DNA of 64,000 nt from Mytilus edulis. Lineage: Eukaryota. Position 1 is the first letter of the stretch; every line of letters begins with the position of its first letter. Positions 23,363 through 36,900 of this stretch are shown here, piece after piece. The position numbers and the translations under genes were made by a program. The notes under the pieces were generated by a model, which made no database searches, was not told the origin of the DNA, and saw nothing but the letters and a program-made list of their open reading frames with translations. Location: assembly GCF_963676685.1 (NCBI RefSeq), contig NC_092351.1, positions 76,074,001-76,138,000 of the forward strand, read 5' to 3'.

Positions 23363-23561
23363 CTATAAATAGATTTAATAAAGATTTTTATGAACAACAT
23401 TCAAATTTAATCACATTACCCTAACAAAGGAAAGCATTTTACACATTCATTTCTTTTACTTTTAAATCTTACATAGTGCAGAAAAATCTATTTTCTGTTG
23501 ATGTAACTTTTGTGGGTTTTTTACCTTCTTGATGAACAGAAATAGAATGTTGTATCAAAAC

Positions 23562-24616
23562 TAGTGTTGTCAACGGTTAACCGGTTAACCGGTCGAACGA
23601 CCAAATACCGAATACCAAAAACGCTAACCAGTTAACCAGACTTTTTTTTAAATTTTGATAGATTTTATATAAATTTGAATTGAAATCATTAAAAAGTTAG
23701 GTTTTATTTTAAAAATGTCGTCGTGGTAATTAATTTGACAGATCAGTTGTCAAGTAAATTGATTGCTATTGTTAATCCTATAAACATAAAATTAATTAGA
23801 ACTTGTCTCTCAGCTCGGGGCAGGATCTTAAAGAAACATAATTAGTATACATGTTTTTTTAGCAGTAACTCTAAATCAGTAATGGGATTAAATTTTACGA
23901 TTTACTTCATTATTTCGTTTCTAATCTAATATTGTGTAAACATACATCTAAATGTGCAACCTCCGTCGTGCAAGGCTTAGTCTTACTTTAAACGAAATGT
24001 TAACTCAAAAGTTTTGAAATGCAAACCAATGTGAATGTACTCAATGTATACGTGATAGTACGAGTAACATGCAAACAAAGTAAAGAAACGGCCGTACAGT
24101 GACCTATAGTTGTTAATATCTGTGTCATTTTGAACTCTTGTGGAGAATTGTCTCATTGGCAATCATACCACATCTTCTTTTTTTATAATAAATCACTCAA
24201 AATGAAACACTCCACATCATTTTCGGAGACAACAAGTGAAAAGGAAAGAATAATTAGTTTCAGACATATTCAATTCTACGAGATCAAGAAGTTTTTTTAT
24301 ATTATTTTTCAATCTGAAGTTGGTACAAACGCTATAGTTGATACGGTGTAGTTGATTATTAAAAGTCAAACTTCGCCAGGAAACCTCACAGACAAGCCTG
24401 ATAATGCCAGAGGACAAACTTCAATTCTAAAAGCGTAAATTTGTGACTTGGATGAAAGGTTGTCAAATTGACACTCATACCACATCTTATATATATGTGT
24501 AGGGTACTTTTGATAAGTCTTGCAAACACCAACTCAAACTACCGGTTAACCGGTTAATCGGTCGAACGATTATCCGAGTAACCGGTTAGTCAAAAGTGTA
24601 CGATTTGACAACACTA
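23562..24616. mobile_element. Non-autonomous hAT-like element
   Basis: TIR tagtgttgtcaa/ttgacaacacta; 8-bp TSD ATCAAAAC; subterminal taaccggtta repeats. Confidence 0.82.
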
Positions 24617-24664
24617 ATCAAAACAGTCTTCAAATTCCCCATTTTTTTTTTCAATTGTTGCAAT

Positions 24665-25722
24665 ACAACAGCAGAGGCTTGAGTGTGTGTATTCATGTCT
24701 TTTCTTCCTGTGCTGTTCATTTTAGAATGTTCAACTTTCCAGCCAGTTCCTGATGTGACTTGATGTGACTTGATGCAAAATGTCTTGAAATGGCTATCTC
24801 TCACCAACATAACTGAACCTTTCTTGATGTTAGAACCAGGTGCTCCGCAGGGTGCAGCTTTATACGACACCAGTGGTCGAACCCTGAACAGTTGGGGCAA
24901 ATTTGGTCACAATATTCAAGCTTGATACTGTCTGAATTTTGATTGTGATCAAATTTTTGACATAATATAGGTTTTTGCCACAAAATTAATGATCTAACAC
25001 ATCTATTGCACAATACTGTGCAATTGAATATTTCTTATTGAAACCCCCCCCCCCCCCCCCCTTGAAGCAATAACCCTTAAACTCAATCCCATGCTTTCCT
25101 TTGTAATATTGAACCTTGTAGTACGATTTCAGAGAGATCCATACACTTGAACACAAGTTATTGTCATGATTGTTTGGAAACTAGAAACATGCTTCTTTTT
25201 GGCCCTTAATTCCTACATATTTTGGGCAATTGACCCAAAACTTAATCCCAGCCTCCCCTTTGTTATATGGTACATTGTGGTACAATTTCAGAGAGATCCA
25301 TGCAATTACACACAAGGTATTGTCTGGAAACTAGAAAATGCTTGTTTTGGCCCCTTTTTGGCCCGTAATTCCTAAACTTTGGCCCCATAACCCCTTTAAT
25401 GAATCCAAACCTTCTACTTGTGACTTTAAACATTGCAGTATACTTTCAGAACAATTGAAATACTGGTAAACAAGTTATTATCCTGAAACTAGAAAAATGC
25501 TTGTTTTGGCCCCTTTTGGGCAACTAATTCCTAAACGGTTCGGACCATCATCCCCAAAATAAATCCCAACCTTCCTTTTGTGGTATTGAACCTTCTGAAA
25601 AAATTTCATTAAGATCTATTCACTTAAACTAAAGTTATTATCCCGAAACCAAAGTGTCTTCGGACGACGACGACATCATACCATTATACGAACCAAAATT
25701 TTTTTTGGGGTCGTATAAAAAC
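24665..25722. mobile_element. HINE-like element with internal ~140-bp tandem repeats
   Basis: Repeated gaaactagaa...ttttggcccc units at 25060-25650, (gac)n tract and terminal tatacga...tcgtata hairpin. Confidence 0.55.
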
Positions 25723-25952
25723 AGTTGTCAAAATTCTAGATTTTCCTAACATCTCGCTTCTTGTTGTTTTGTGTTATCTCATGTCCAAATTTTTTCTTTC
25801 CTGCTTTGAAAAGAAGGGTCGAAACCCTGACAATAACAGTACATTGGAATTGGTTCGACTTGAGGCAACCAGCTCTATTTTGTCAGGGATAGAGTAACTT
25901 ATGATTTGTTTTGTTACTGACATAGCGATCTCTATTAACAGTGACCCAGTAC

Positions 25953-26086
25953 CTTGTGAATGGTTTAGTTTCTGACACAGCCAGCTCTATCTGTACTGGA
26001 GATCTTTTATATGGAGATTCAGTGTCTTCGTCTTTGTCTTCAGAATCTTTTACTTGTACCTCATTAGCAAAGTCGTCATCTCTGCT
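25953..26086 (-). CDS. PCM1: PCM1 exon
   Basis: SRDDDFANE...SPVQIELAVSETKPFT; phase 0/2. Confidence 0.9.
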
Positions 26087-26610
26087 CTGTATACAACACA
26101 AAATTCACTCATTTAATTTAATTTTTTATTGTCTGGACAATTTAAAGTTTGACATATTGTATAGATACTGATTGTGAATTAAACATAAGTACAGCAGTGA
26201 TTGCCATACATGTTGGACAGTAAATCAAATGATTTTGTCTTTGGAATGCTTTCTCATTAGTGTAAAAAAATCTGTATTTGATAATCATTAAAACAACAAA
26301 GGTGACAATGGATAATTTACATTTGTATGCTCACTGACTTTTGCAACTACTAAAGCTTAGAATAAAGCTACCTGTTACATGTATATCGAACATGTTAATC
26401 AACACAATGGTGTGGTTAAATCTTTTATTCAAACATGTCAACAATTAAACTTCAATTCATTGTCCTCTGTGACAAATTAACTAGAACACCTATTAAAAAT
26501 TATTCAAAGGGAAGTAATCACATCTAAGAAAATGACAAAGCCCAAGTCATTGAATCTCAATCAGGTTATGATTTAAAACTTTGTAAATCTGAGATAACTT
26601 GAAGTCTGAC

Positions 26611-26775
26611 CTTGCCTAACTCCTCCTCCTCATTTTCAGCCATCTTGATAGAGGTATTGATGGCTTGTTCCTCAGCAGTAGAGGAAGTAGTTTCTGTATC
26701 TGATTCCTGAGTCTGATCTGTTTCTTCTTCTTCATCATCATCCTCCTCATCATCATCCTGTTCAACTTCTTGTGT
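26611..26775 (-). CDS. PCM1: PCM1 acidic exon
   Basis: TQEVEQDDDEEDDDEEEE...EEEELGK; phase 0/0. Confidence 0.88.
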
Positions 26776-26919
26776 CTAAAAATAGAAAAATATGACTTCA
26801 TACAAAATAAATTCATACTTGTTTGGTAATACTATTATCAAACATGCAATGAATTTGGTCAATAGCGAAATGTTTTCCACTGTTTTGTAACAGGGCATTT
26901 TAAAAGTCTGAAGAGTTAA

Positions 26920-27152
26920 GGTGGTACATAACACTACAGGGAGATAACTCGGTAAAATCATCTAAACATTCTAATAACGTTGTGTTGTTAAGGGAATATT
27001 AAGCTGCTCAATGATTAAAATTAGTGTTTGTCAAACTGCTAAATAACCAGTGTAATTTTTCTGATAAATTGCTTGGTTCAAATTTCAGGAATTTTTTATA
27101 TTTTTGTCAAAGGTTCAAAGTAAATACTTTCAAAATTTTATGAAAATTAAAC
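26920..27152. mobile_element. Truncated GGTGGTACC TTAA MITE
   Basis: Matches 29664-29936. Confidence 0.7.
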
Positions 27153-27373
27153 TCCTAAATTATTTAAAATATATTTTAAAAAAGTATATGTGCTGCATGT
27201 TTTAATCCTCAGATTGCCTGTCTTGAGATATTTAGTGTACAAAATTGTGAGTATTCAGGTATCAGATCAAATAACTCTCTAGAGAGAAAATCTTCTACAA
27301 ATCAGGAATTTTACAGGTCTGAAACAGTAGTGACGGATAAAAACAAACTGAGGGATTTGAGAACAAAATATAC

Positions 27374-27527
27374 CTGTGTCCCTGATGATTTGAATGGAGA
27401 AGTCTGCTGTGATTGGTCAGATGTTGAGGGAACATCCACAATTCCTTGCATCAATTTGAAGAAAGCCAACTCATTAAATAAAACTTCTGACATGTCTACT
27501 AACAAATCTTCACCGCAATCTCTCATT
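27374..27527 (-). CDS. PCM1: PCM1 exon (C-terminal domain)
   Basis: MRDCGEDLLVDMSEVLFNELAFFKLMQ; phase 2/0. Confidence 0.95.
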
Positions 27528-27944
27528 CTGTAATATATGTTCAAATGATTAAAAGGTGGACACACACAAATGTCATTTGAATCAAAATGAAAGAAGCTAA
27601 TTCATTGAAAAAAAATTCTGACAAAGTCATGCAGAATATTTAAGAATACCATTCCATAGTATAAAATTTTCAAGAATACAGAATCCATGGCAAAAACAAC
27701 AATTTGTTAAAACTATTCTCATGCAAACACAAACCTTATATAATAATGACAAGATTAAATGTTTATTTTTTTCCTATGGGTGATTCCATTGGTTGAATAA
27801 TCCATGTCACTACAATAAAGATATAAAGGTCGAACAAATCAACATTTATGCGAAAATGATATAAAGTAATATAACATCTACAAATCAACAACTTACAATG
27901 TACTTAAAAATCATGTCAATTCTATCAATAAAAAAGTAACTTAC

Positions 27945-28177
27945 TTCCTGCCTTCAAACTTTGACAGAGTATCCTGCAGTGATGATCCCAACTGGGTATG
28001 GTAGAACCTGGAGTACTGACTCCCATCACGTTGTCGTGTCAATGATAGAACTAATCTCTTGATATATGTTAGTAGTTCTGAGGAGCACACGTTATCCATG
28101 TGTTGTTTGATCACGGGTATGATTTCTGTCATAATGCTTTTAATCTGGCGATCCACCTGCTGGGTGTCTATTTTGGG
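27945..28177 (-). CDS. PCM1: PCM1 exon (C-terminal domain)
   Basis: PKIDTQQVDRQIKSIMTEIIP...QLGSSLQDTLSKFEGR; phase 0/2. Confidence 0.95.
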
Positions 28178-28218
28178 CTGTAAAGATAAATTCTGGAGTT
28201 CAATTATAAGAACAGATA

Positions 28219-28426
28219 CTGTGGATTCATTTATTTTCGTGGGTACCAATTTTCGTGGATTGCTGAAAACTTGCATAATCGTGGATATTTGATTTCGTGG
28301 TTTTTCCAATCTCTGTATACAAAGCCTATTGAAATATGTTATTCGTTGAACATTTGAATTCGTGGTTCACTTGTACCCACGAAATCCACGAAAATTGGTA
28401 TCCAACGAATAATAATGAATCCACAG
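28219..28426. mobile_element. TA-flanked MITE (ctgtggattcat TIR); relatives at ~19179, ~40783, ~44119
   Basis: ta|ctgtggattcatt...aatgaatccacag|ta. Confidence 0.78.
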
Positions 28427-28959
28427 TACTGTAAATTATTAGGAAAATGCCTTCAGTACATGGACAAGTAAATTTATCACTATGAACAAAGTCAATGTTC
28501 TCCGTTTAAATTTAAAATGCTATAAATTAAAATAGTTGTGCTTGTATTTATTATTTTGCGATTCTGCAACAATAATAAATAAAAATGCTAGAATCAGTAT
28601 TTAGATTTCAGAGCATACAAATTATGCTATCAAATAAAATTAAAAGGGTTTTTATGTTTTGTGAATCCAGTTTTCGAAACAATAAAAACATCATAAAAGT
28701 TTTTGAATTTACAGTTCAAATATCCTCCTGGTGAAGAGAGAATTTTAAATGTGTTTCTTGCAGCACATTTATTCACATGCAAATCTGAAGAGAATGGAAC
28801 ATGAAAAAAATTAACAAAATGGTTTACTTGAACTTTTAACATAGCAAAGAATATCAAAATGTGCACTGGTTGTCTGTTAAATCTTTTAAAGGTTGAGAAT
28901 GTCTGAAATGCACAGAATGGGTGCTTGATAACCCTATAAAATGACAGAGAATGCCCAAT

Positions 28960-29103
28960 CATAGGCGGATCCAGGGGGGGGCCCTGGGGGGCCCGGGCCC
29001 CCCCCCCCCCTTTCATGGGAAAAATTTGGTTGATTATATAGGGAATCATTGAAGCATGACTGGAGCGGGCCCCCCCTTAGGAAAAGTTCTGGATCCGCCA
29101 CTG
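28960..29103. mobile_element. GC-rich MITE (ggcggatccag TIR)
   Basis: cataggcggatccag...ctggatccgccactg; second copy at 61121-61281. Confidence 0.72.
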
Positions 29104-29663
29104 TCAATATCCAAACTGGTTTCCTGTTAACTCTTCATTTGCTACAAAATGTCTAAAATATAGACTGGTTGTCTCTTAACTGTGAGTGAGGTAATGCAAG
29201 CCTAGAGAGTGTAGATCATTTATATTTGTGCAGTGAAAAGAATGGAAATGTGTCAGCTTGTCAAACCTCATGACTGGGTTTTGTCCCTTTGAGGAAATTT
29301 CTATTACTTGAGATTCAGGAAGCTTTTTTTCTAAACTAATATATAACTGTTTTTATTAAAAATATTTAATTTTTCTTTTTAAGGTAGATGTTATATTTCT
29401 TTTAAAAATATTTGCATTTCTCTTTTTCAACCAGGCAAAATTATTCAAAATAAATAATATTCAAAGAAGCAGCAAAATGGAGACAATCCTCATATGTGGG
29501 AAATTGGAACTTCAAAACTGAAGTCTTCACAGGGAGGTTTCCTATTTTTTTTTCTAAGTAATGGAAAATTTCCAACAATAAAGGGAAAGTTGACAATATC
29601 AGAATGAGTATGTGAATGTAAAATGAAAGATAAGTTAGATGTTTTATTGTTACATGCATTTAA

Positions 29664-29936
29664 GGTGGTACCTAACACTACAGGGAGATAACTCTGTAAA
29701 ATCAGCTAAACGTTTTAATTACGTTGTGTTGTTAAGGGAGTATTAAGCTTCTCAATGATCAAAATAAGTGTTTGTCAAACTGCTATATAACCAGTGTAAT
29801 TTTTCTGATAAAACGGTTGGTTCAAATTTTTTCAAATTTTTATATTTTTGTAAAAGGGTCAAAGTAAATACTTTGTAAAGATTTTATGAAAATTAAACAA
29901 GCCAATTTAATTTTAGTTAAAGTGTTGGGTACCACC
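29664..29936. mobile_element. Full-length GGTGGTACC TTAA MITE
   Basis: ttaa|ggtggtacctaacac...gtgttgggtaccacc|ttaa. Confidence 0.85.
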
Positions 29937-30238
29937 TTAACTATTGTGGAGCTATCGGTATTTTCATTTGTAGGATAGGAATTTTTGTGGATGCAGGTGA
30001 ATCACAAAATAAAATGTTCAACAAGTACAAATTTTATATATTCTAGTATGCAGAAATCCAAGATTTTTTCTTTTCTTTTATCCACACTTAGGTACCCAGG
30101 AAAATAAATGAACAGTAAGTGATTACCTGTTAAAATAATTAATGTGGCAGAGTAAAAAGCTGTGCATGCTGTCTGTTAACTTCAAACTGGTGAGTAACAG
30201 TGAGAGTGCAACATGCCTAGAATATTACCCCTGGTTAC

Positions 30239-30412
30239 CTGTTGACTTACTGATAATGATGATACTGAACTTTCTTTATCACTTCCTTGGTCAACAGCAG
30301 AGCTACTGTATTGTTCTGACAGCTCACGATTCTGTCGTGCACTCTCTAAACTCTTCACCTTGGCCTCCTCTGACGCCATCTTCTTTTCACATTCTCTCAT
30401 TTTTTGTAATGC
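30239..30412 (-). CDS. PCM1: PCM1 exon (alternative donor possible at 30251)
   Basis: ALQKMRECEKK...SSVSSLS(VSQQ); phase 0/0. Confidence 0.88.
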
Positions 30413-30860
30413 CTGTAGATTGAAAATATATTAATTTAATATGATGTGATAAAATACATACATGTACAAATGGAAAGTAAAACATAACTGAATATATATT
30501 GCGAACTCATGATTCTACATTTGGTCAACTAGATACAAGAATATGTGGTACGAGTGCCAATGAGACAACTCTATATCCAACTGTTGATTCTTATTGTATT
30601 AAGCACTGCAAAAGTTCATGCATTTCTCAGACTATCTACAACATCTTTACTCTAAATTTGTTATATGGGGAAACACAAGTTGTTTAATAGTTGTAATGGC
30701 TTTGAACTAGCTTTCAGTAACTGTGAGTGTTCTTGTTTTTTCATTTAAATTATTAACTTTTTTTTTACTTTTTTTCTTTTTTTTCCAGAAGAAAGCTTTT
30801 ACTACTTTATTTTTCTGTGCAGCAACCCTTTCCTCATAAAAAATATCAGATAAGTCTTAA

Positions 30861-32691
30861 GGCCAAAAAAAAAAATAGGTGTGTTTCCTGTTGCATGCCC
30901 CAAAAAATTAGGGTCGGTAGGCAGACTTGGGGTCAATTACATTGGAATGTAATTAATTAAATTACACATTACATTGCAAAAATGGTCAATTACACTAATT
31001 ACACATTACACAGTTTTTGAAATGTAATTAATTAAATTACAATTACTTTACTAAAGTAATTAATTAAATTACACATTACATTTCATCATGATATTTTTTA
31101 ACAATATTTTACATGTTTATATAATGCATGTGTAAAATATTCAAGTAAGCATAGTTAAAGCCTTGCATTTGATAAACATTTAATATAGTTATTTTAATGT
31201 TTGGTCAAATAGTCTGAATATCTAGTCTGAAAACAGCAATTGTAAATAGTCTTTCGGCAGGAGCTAATGTTGTGCAAGATATTACTTGATCAGGACATGG
31301 AAATTTTATGATTAGAAGATCATTATATTGATAGGAGAGGGAATTTGTTCCTATTAACTTGCCAATACATCAAGGGGTATTTTGACATCTCAGAAATGAA
31401 CTCATTTGAATTAAACATAACATGAATAAAGAAATTATAGATGAATTTAAAAAAAAAATTTATTTTACTTTAAAAATATTAAAAAGTGTGCTCGTCACAA
31501 TATTGAAAATAATTTTCAGTACAAACAATGTATATGTTGTGTACAAGTTATCATTTTGTACAAATTATAATTTGTATTTTGACTTTGTACAAATTGTGAT
31601 TTGTACAAAAAGTGCTTGTACAAATTACAATTTGTACAAAAACGGGCACAAAATCACTTATAACTTGTACAATAATTTATCATATGGATTTTTGTGAAAA
31701 AAACATTGATACAAATTAATGAATTGCTATTAAATGATCTCACAGTACATTTAAGTTTCAAAATTCAAAAATAGTTCTTTATCATTCGTTTAAGCAGGTG
31801 ATGTAGTGATTTATGGAATCGGGTATTACACAACATTTTTTGACTCTCTTTTACAATTTATATTATTAAACACAAATCCTTAACTGTAACACCATAAAAG
31901 GTACATGTAATTGAAATGTAATTCAAAAGTAATTGAGCATTACATGCTTTTTTCAATGTAATTAATTAAATTACCATTACATGTAATTAAAAAAATGCTC
32001 AATTACACATTACATTCAATTACATGGAAAATTGTAATGCATTACACTTAATTACCATTACATTTTTAATTACCCCATCCCTGTCGGTAGGTAGGCATTT
32101 TTTTTTTTTTTTTTTTTTTTTTTACTGGCCTGCTTCGGTTGTTTTTTGTGTATTCAAAAGTTCAAAAGTGTCAGATTCTGGAACAACACACTTGAATTTA
32201 AAGTCCCTCACATTAAAAAGCTGCACAACTTCCCCAACTGTCAATGTGGGAGATATTTCATGGTTTTTTCCAGTCACAGTAAATTCATTGTTCTTTAATC
32301 CAAAGTCATGATACTGATTGATTGAATATATCAATAAAGGTGGTAGAATTAGAAAATGGGGCTATTATACTTTTTTTCTCGTTCCTGTGTGGACACTCAT
32401 CGATTGTTATTGATAACACACTTTGACTGATGGCCATAGCAGAAGCCATGCCGTTGTTTGACTTCAATCTGTATCACACAAATGCTTACTGTATTAAAAT
32501 TTTATTTGAAATCATACGTTTAAAAGATGCCATTCAAAGGCTATACTAAACAAAAACCGTTTCCGGAAAAAAAAGAAAAAAATCCGGATTTTTTTTTTTT
32601 TTTTTTTTTTCTGGGAAAAAAAAGTTAGGGTCGGCGCCAAAAAATTAGGGTCGGTCGGGCGACCGGAAACATACCTATTTTTTTTTTGGCC
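30861..32691. mobile_element. PIF/Harbinger-type non-autonomous element
   Basis: taa|ggccaaaaaaaaaaatagg...cctattttttttttggcc|taa. Confidence 0.78.
30922..32083. mobile_element. Nested hAT-like non-autonomous element with (ATTAC) subterminal repeats
   Basis: 8-bp TSD TCGGTAGG; CAG...CTG termini. Confidence 0.78.
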
Positions 32692-32789
32692 TAACTGGTC
32701 ACTTATCATTACTGTTAGTAAAACAGTAATTTTAGGAATGAATTTGCAGATAGACAGAAATATGAATAACCTTTATTCAATTGACTTAC

Positions 32790-32981
32790 TTTATTTAAGT
32801 TAATAGCAGTATCACCAAGGGAATCCTGTGCAAATGGGTTCTCCCAGTAACTGTTTGACGGTGTTGACAGGGAGCTGTCATTGTCAGCGTTCTCTATGTA
32901 ATCAAAGGCATCATTAGCTATAGATCCTCCCCGTAATAACATGTTATTCTGTAACTGTGTCCGTCGTCCCTGGGGAACATC
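32790..32981 (-). CDS. PCM1: PCM1 exon
   Basis: DVPQGRR...FDYIENAD...ENPFAQDSLGDTAINLNK; phase 0/0. Confidence 0.92.
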
Positions 32982-33390
32982 CTGTAACAGGGATACATGT
33001 AAATGATTTAAAGTATTATCAACATTAAAGCCAAAATTATTCTGAGACAATCATTCATTTCTTGATAAACTGACCATGAGTTATTCTCCTTTATTGGATT
33101 AAAAACTGTAAAGATGAGTGCTATTCAAGAATTAACTTTTGGGGCATTGGATGCACAATATTTAGACTCCACTTACAATGTAAAATGTTCATTTTAATTA
33201 GAATAAATACATATTTCTAAGGAAAATGCAATCACTCAATTTTTTTTCAATTAAATATAACAAGAGTTATCTCCCATTGGCAGAATTTTCAAAAAAAAAA
33301 AACTGTATGATCTAAATAACACTTGGTTCAGTTGACAACTACTAATAATGTAAAATGTTCGTTTTAATTAGAATTATTACATATATTTAA

Positions 33391-36300
33391 CACTTTCACT
33401 ACTGATTTTATTTTTTCCGCGGGTTTCTGTGGCCGAGGCAAATTTGCACGCTCAGATTCCCCAGCCTGAATTAATTTCGTGACCGGCACTTCAAGAAAAG
33501 TTGCATATTGAAAAACGTGCTGTAACTCGAGAACGCAGTCTCGGATCGCCTAAACAAGTGATACAGAAGTTCAAAAGGTTGCTCTGTACAAGATTTTCCT
33601 AGTGAATTAAAATTAAAACAAAGAATAATGTCTTTACAATGCTTGGAAGATCGATTTTTGTTACCTTGTTAGCTCAATGTTGCCAAAATGTCGACATTCG
33701 GATGTACTTGTTTACGTTAAAAATGTGTTTAAACGGATAATATTCAGCAAATCATTATTACCGAGTCTTCTTATTTATCTTATCACCCGTTTTTGTCATT
33801 TAAACATCATGTATAGCAAAACCGAAGCTTTTTATCTCTCATAAATTGACCGTTTGACTTTTCGTTTCCGACCGCCATTTGTATTGATGAAAAGACAACT
33901 CTGTCAATCGACGAACGACTACTCGTTTTCAAAGTGATAGATCATGATACGATTATATACGATTACCACGGATACGTTGTTGATATTGTAAACACTGGTA
34001 TTAAAGAGTGTTATTAAACAAACAAGATATGTTTCATTTTCCCTGGTAAACATTACAATACTTTATAAAAAAAAAAAAAAAAAAAAAAAATCTGCTAAAA
34101 AAAATATTTTTCTGTCTATGCTGCCTATTTTAGAAGAATAAAAAAGCAGAATATAGTCATTATCTTTTATAAGTCGATAAAAAAAAATAGACTAATTAAT
34201 TTACCAGGGTCAACCATATATACAAGTACTTTTGTAGTTGGTCTATTTTTCAAAGGTTTGGTGTTTTTTCAACTTCCTCTATTACCAATATGCAACAGCT
34301 TTGTTCTAGATTTTCTGATTGTGTAATTTGAAAAACTTTTAATCACTAAGTATATAAAATATATTAAATTACTATTTTAATTATGATAGATACTTTAGTT
34401 ATCATATATATACATGTACATTGTAATCATGCGAAGAATAATCACTTACACAATGAATTTCTACTCTCATTACACATGAACACATATCTGTCATATGTTT
34501 CATCCTTTCTTGATAATTCAGTGCAGTTTCATTTTTCCCATATCAAGTCACAAAACTTTAGATTTTGATAAAAAATTAAGCAATATCTTCCCATTTATAT
34601 AATCAGTATTACAATTAACTAAGAGAATTTGATAACTAAAGTATGAACGTTCAACAATAAAATTTTAACAAACAACAAGAACAAATTAAATACATCAAAC
34701 TTGACTTCTCTCTTTTTTGTTCCAGTTTGAAGGCATGTGTGTAAACTTATGTCTAGTAATGGCCTTCCCCTGCTCACCCCAGCACAAAATATCTATTTAT
34801 CAATCCTTTTTACCAGCAAACAAGAAAACTGAAGAAATTTTAGGTTGGATGAATGGTAAATATGAAGGTATTACAAATTTACCTGTCCCAACTAAAATGA
34901 AACATACTTTTTGAGCCATTGCATTTTTTTTTGATAATAACAATAATACTAGATGTATTGGTCAGCCACCACATTTGAAGTGTAGTCAACAATGGCAGAG
35001 GGGTAGTTTAACCTCTTATCTTGCGAACTGGCCAACATTTAACATGACCAAAATATATATATTATATTAACAAGATTGATACATTTGTTTTGTTCTTCAG
35101 AGTTTCAACTAATGAAACAACAGGTTTAATATTACCGAAAGGATCAACATGATGGTCAGAGAAATGAAGGTACCATAAAATATGGGTATACCTGTCCCTA
35201 ATCATTGTACAAGAAAATATTGAGGTGACCATTATTGGATCTGTTAACCAATACAACTTAGTAAATGGTATGCAAGACCAAGAAATGCTTTCATTTCTTA
35301 TTTGTAGCTCCAAGGCATTTTGTTGTCATTTTGCCTTTGCCTTTGTAGTGAATATGAAAATAGGGAGATAAGGTATGATTGCCAATAAGACAACTATCCA
35401 CCAAAGTTCAAATACAGTGGATGTAAGCAATTATAGGCAACCATATGGCCTTCATCAATGAGAAAAACGCATAATGTAATGTCAGCTATAAAAGGCCCGC
35501 CAGACATGGGAAATATTAAACAATTCGACTGAGAAAACTAACTGCCTATATGTATAGCTACATGTACTTGATTACAAAACAATTAATCTTAAATGAAAAT
35601 GACAGGCATGAACCAACAACAACCAGTTAACTACATGCTCCTGATTTGGGACAGGCACATAAGATTAGTGTGGCAGGGTTAAACATGTTTGTGAGCGCTC
35701 AACCTTTCCCCCTTATCTGGGATAGTGGCATAACAGCACCTATAAAAATCAGTGGAAAGCTTAAAGTTATCAGTTTTGTTGATTTAAATGCATTCAAGAA
35801 AAGGATTGTCCATATAAAGTTGCCCGAAATCTGACACCTCCTTTTCAGCACCCATGACATGACTTAGCCCAGTATTCCCACAAGGGGCAAATATATGTGT
35901 AGACCTTTTTCAACACTACTAATCTCATTGTAATGTTTGTGCCACCAATCACCACCATCTCCTCACCAATTAATATTAACCTCCTGCTCCCCTATGGCTT
36001 CCTCATTATAGCCCTCACTGTCATCTTTCCCCTGCCAATTCTGACCATTTCGTAACCTTTCCTCATTAAGTAAGACCTCGTGTCCGGCATTAATTACATC
36101 AGTTTCACCAGAGACATATAATACAATATGTCTCTGGTTTCACTGAACATGCAAATTCTACATCAGTTTTGTCTGACGACATTTTCACACTGCAATAGTA
36201 GCAGACGAAGTTTCACTTTCCAAACTACTTTCAATTTCGTGCATTGTTCTCCCGTACATTCACAGCCCTATCCGCTTATTTCACCCGATACTCAATCAAA

Positions 36301-36900
36301 GTGTATGTGTCAACCGAGTACCAGCTTTTCAAAGCCATATTTCTGTTCCCTCGAAATCGAGAATTGTTTTTGTAGCAAAGCCATGAACGCGAAAAAACTT
36401 ACTTGTCTAGTTCCGATTTTTGTGGGAAGCAAAGGCTTTAAAAAGATCGCTATCATATTTATTGAAGACATATTGAACCATTTATTTTTATTATATAGTT
36501 AAAACTACCTAAGAATTATAAAGGGCTTCATCAAAACACAGAAAACAGCTGTACTTCCACTCCTCGTTATCGAGAGGAGCCATTTTGAAACCCCACATGA
36601 CCTCAAAACGTGTTTCCGGTTCTAATTTTAGAAAATAAAATTTTCCGATTTGATTTATTTACCTTTCACGATGTTTTTAATGCTGTTGAAGAACTGAAAT
36701 AATACCCTCAGATATCGTAGATTTTAAATGAAACATTGATTTCAACTGTTAAGAACGGCAAATAGCGTAAAACTGCGGCTTTTATTGGGACAATATTTAT
36801 GTATCCTGAAAGATACACTCGCCCTGCGCATCGTGTATCCTCAAGGATACATCCGCCCTGCGCATTGTGTATCCTCAAGGATACACTCGCCGCGAAAGGG
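33391..36900 (-). mobile_element. Decayed piggyBac transposon
   Basis: TTAA at both ends; termini cactttc and gaaaggg; - strand transposase remnants EMKAFLGL, YWLTDPIMVTSIFSCTMIRDRYTHILWYLHFSD...IKP and PSAIVDY...DQYI. Confidence 0.8.
34440..36120 (-). pseudogene. piggyBac (DDE_Tnp_1_7-type) transposase pseudogene
   Basis: Acidic N-terminus, DF.QLYMD...I..KTDNF, YW...MxRxRY..IL..LHF and P.AIVDY motifs in correct order, with stops and a large internal deletion. Confidence 0.75.

Noticed and set aside
28960-29103. Regulatory G-quadruplex or CpG island
   Set aside because: The G and C runs are internal to a repeated MITE also found at 61121.
34778-35197. Cluster of apparent in-frame microexons (34778-34792, 34883-34891, 35192-35197)
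   Set aside because: All lie inside the piggyBac fossil, and one is simply the IRDRY transposase codons, so they are probably chance AG/GT pairs.
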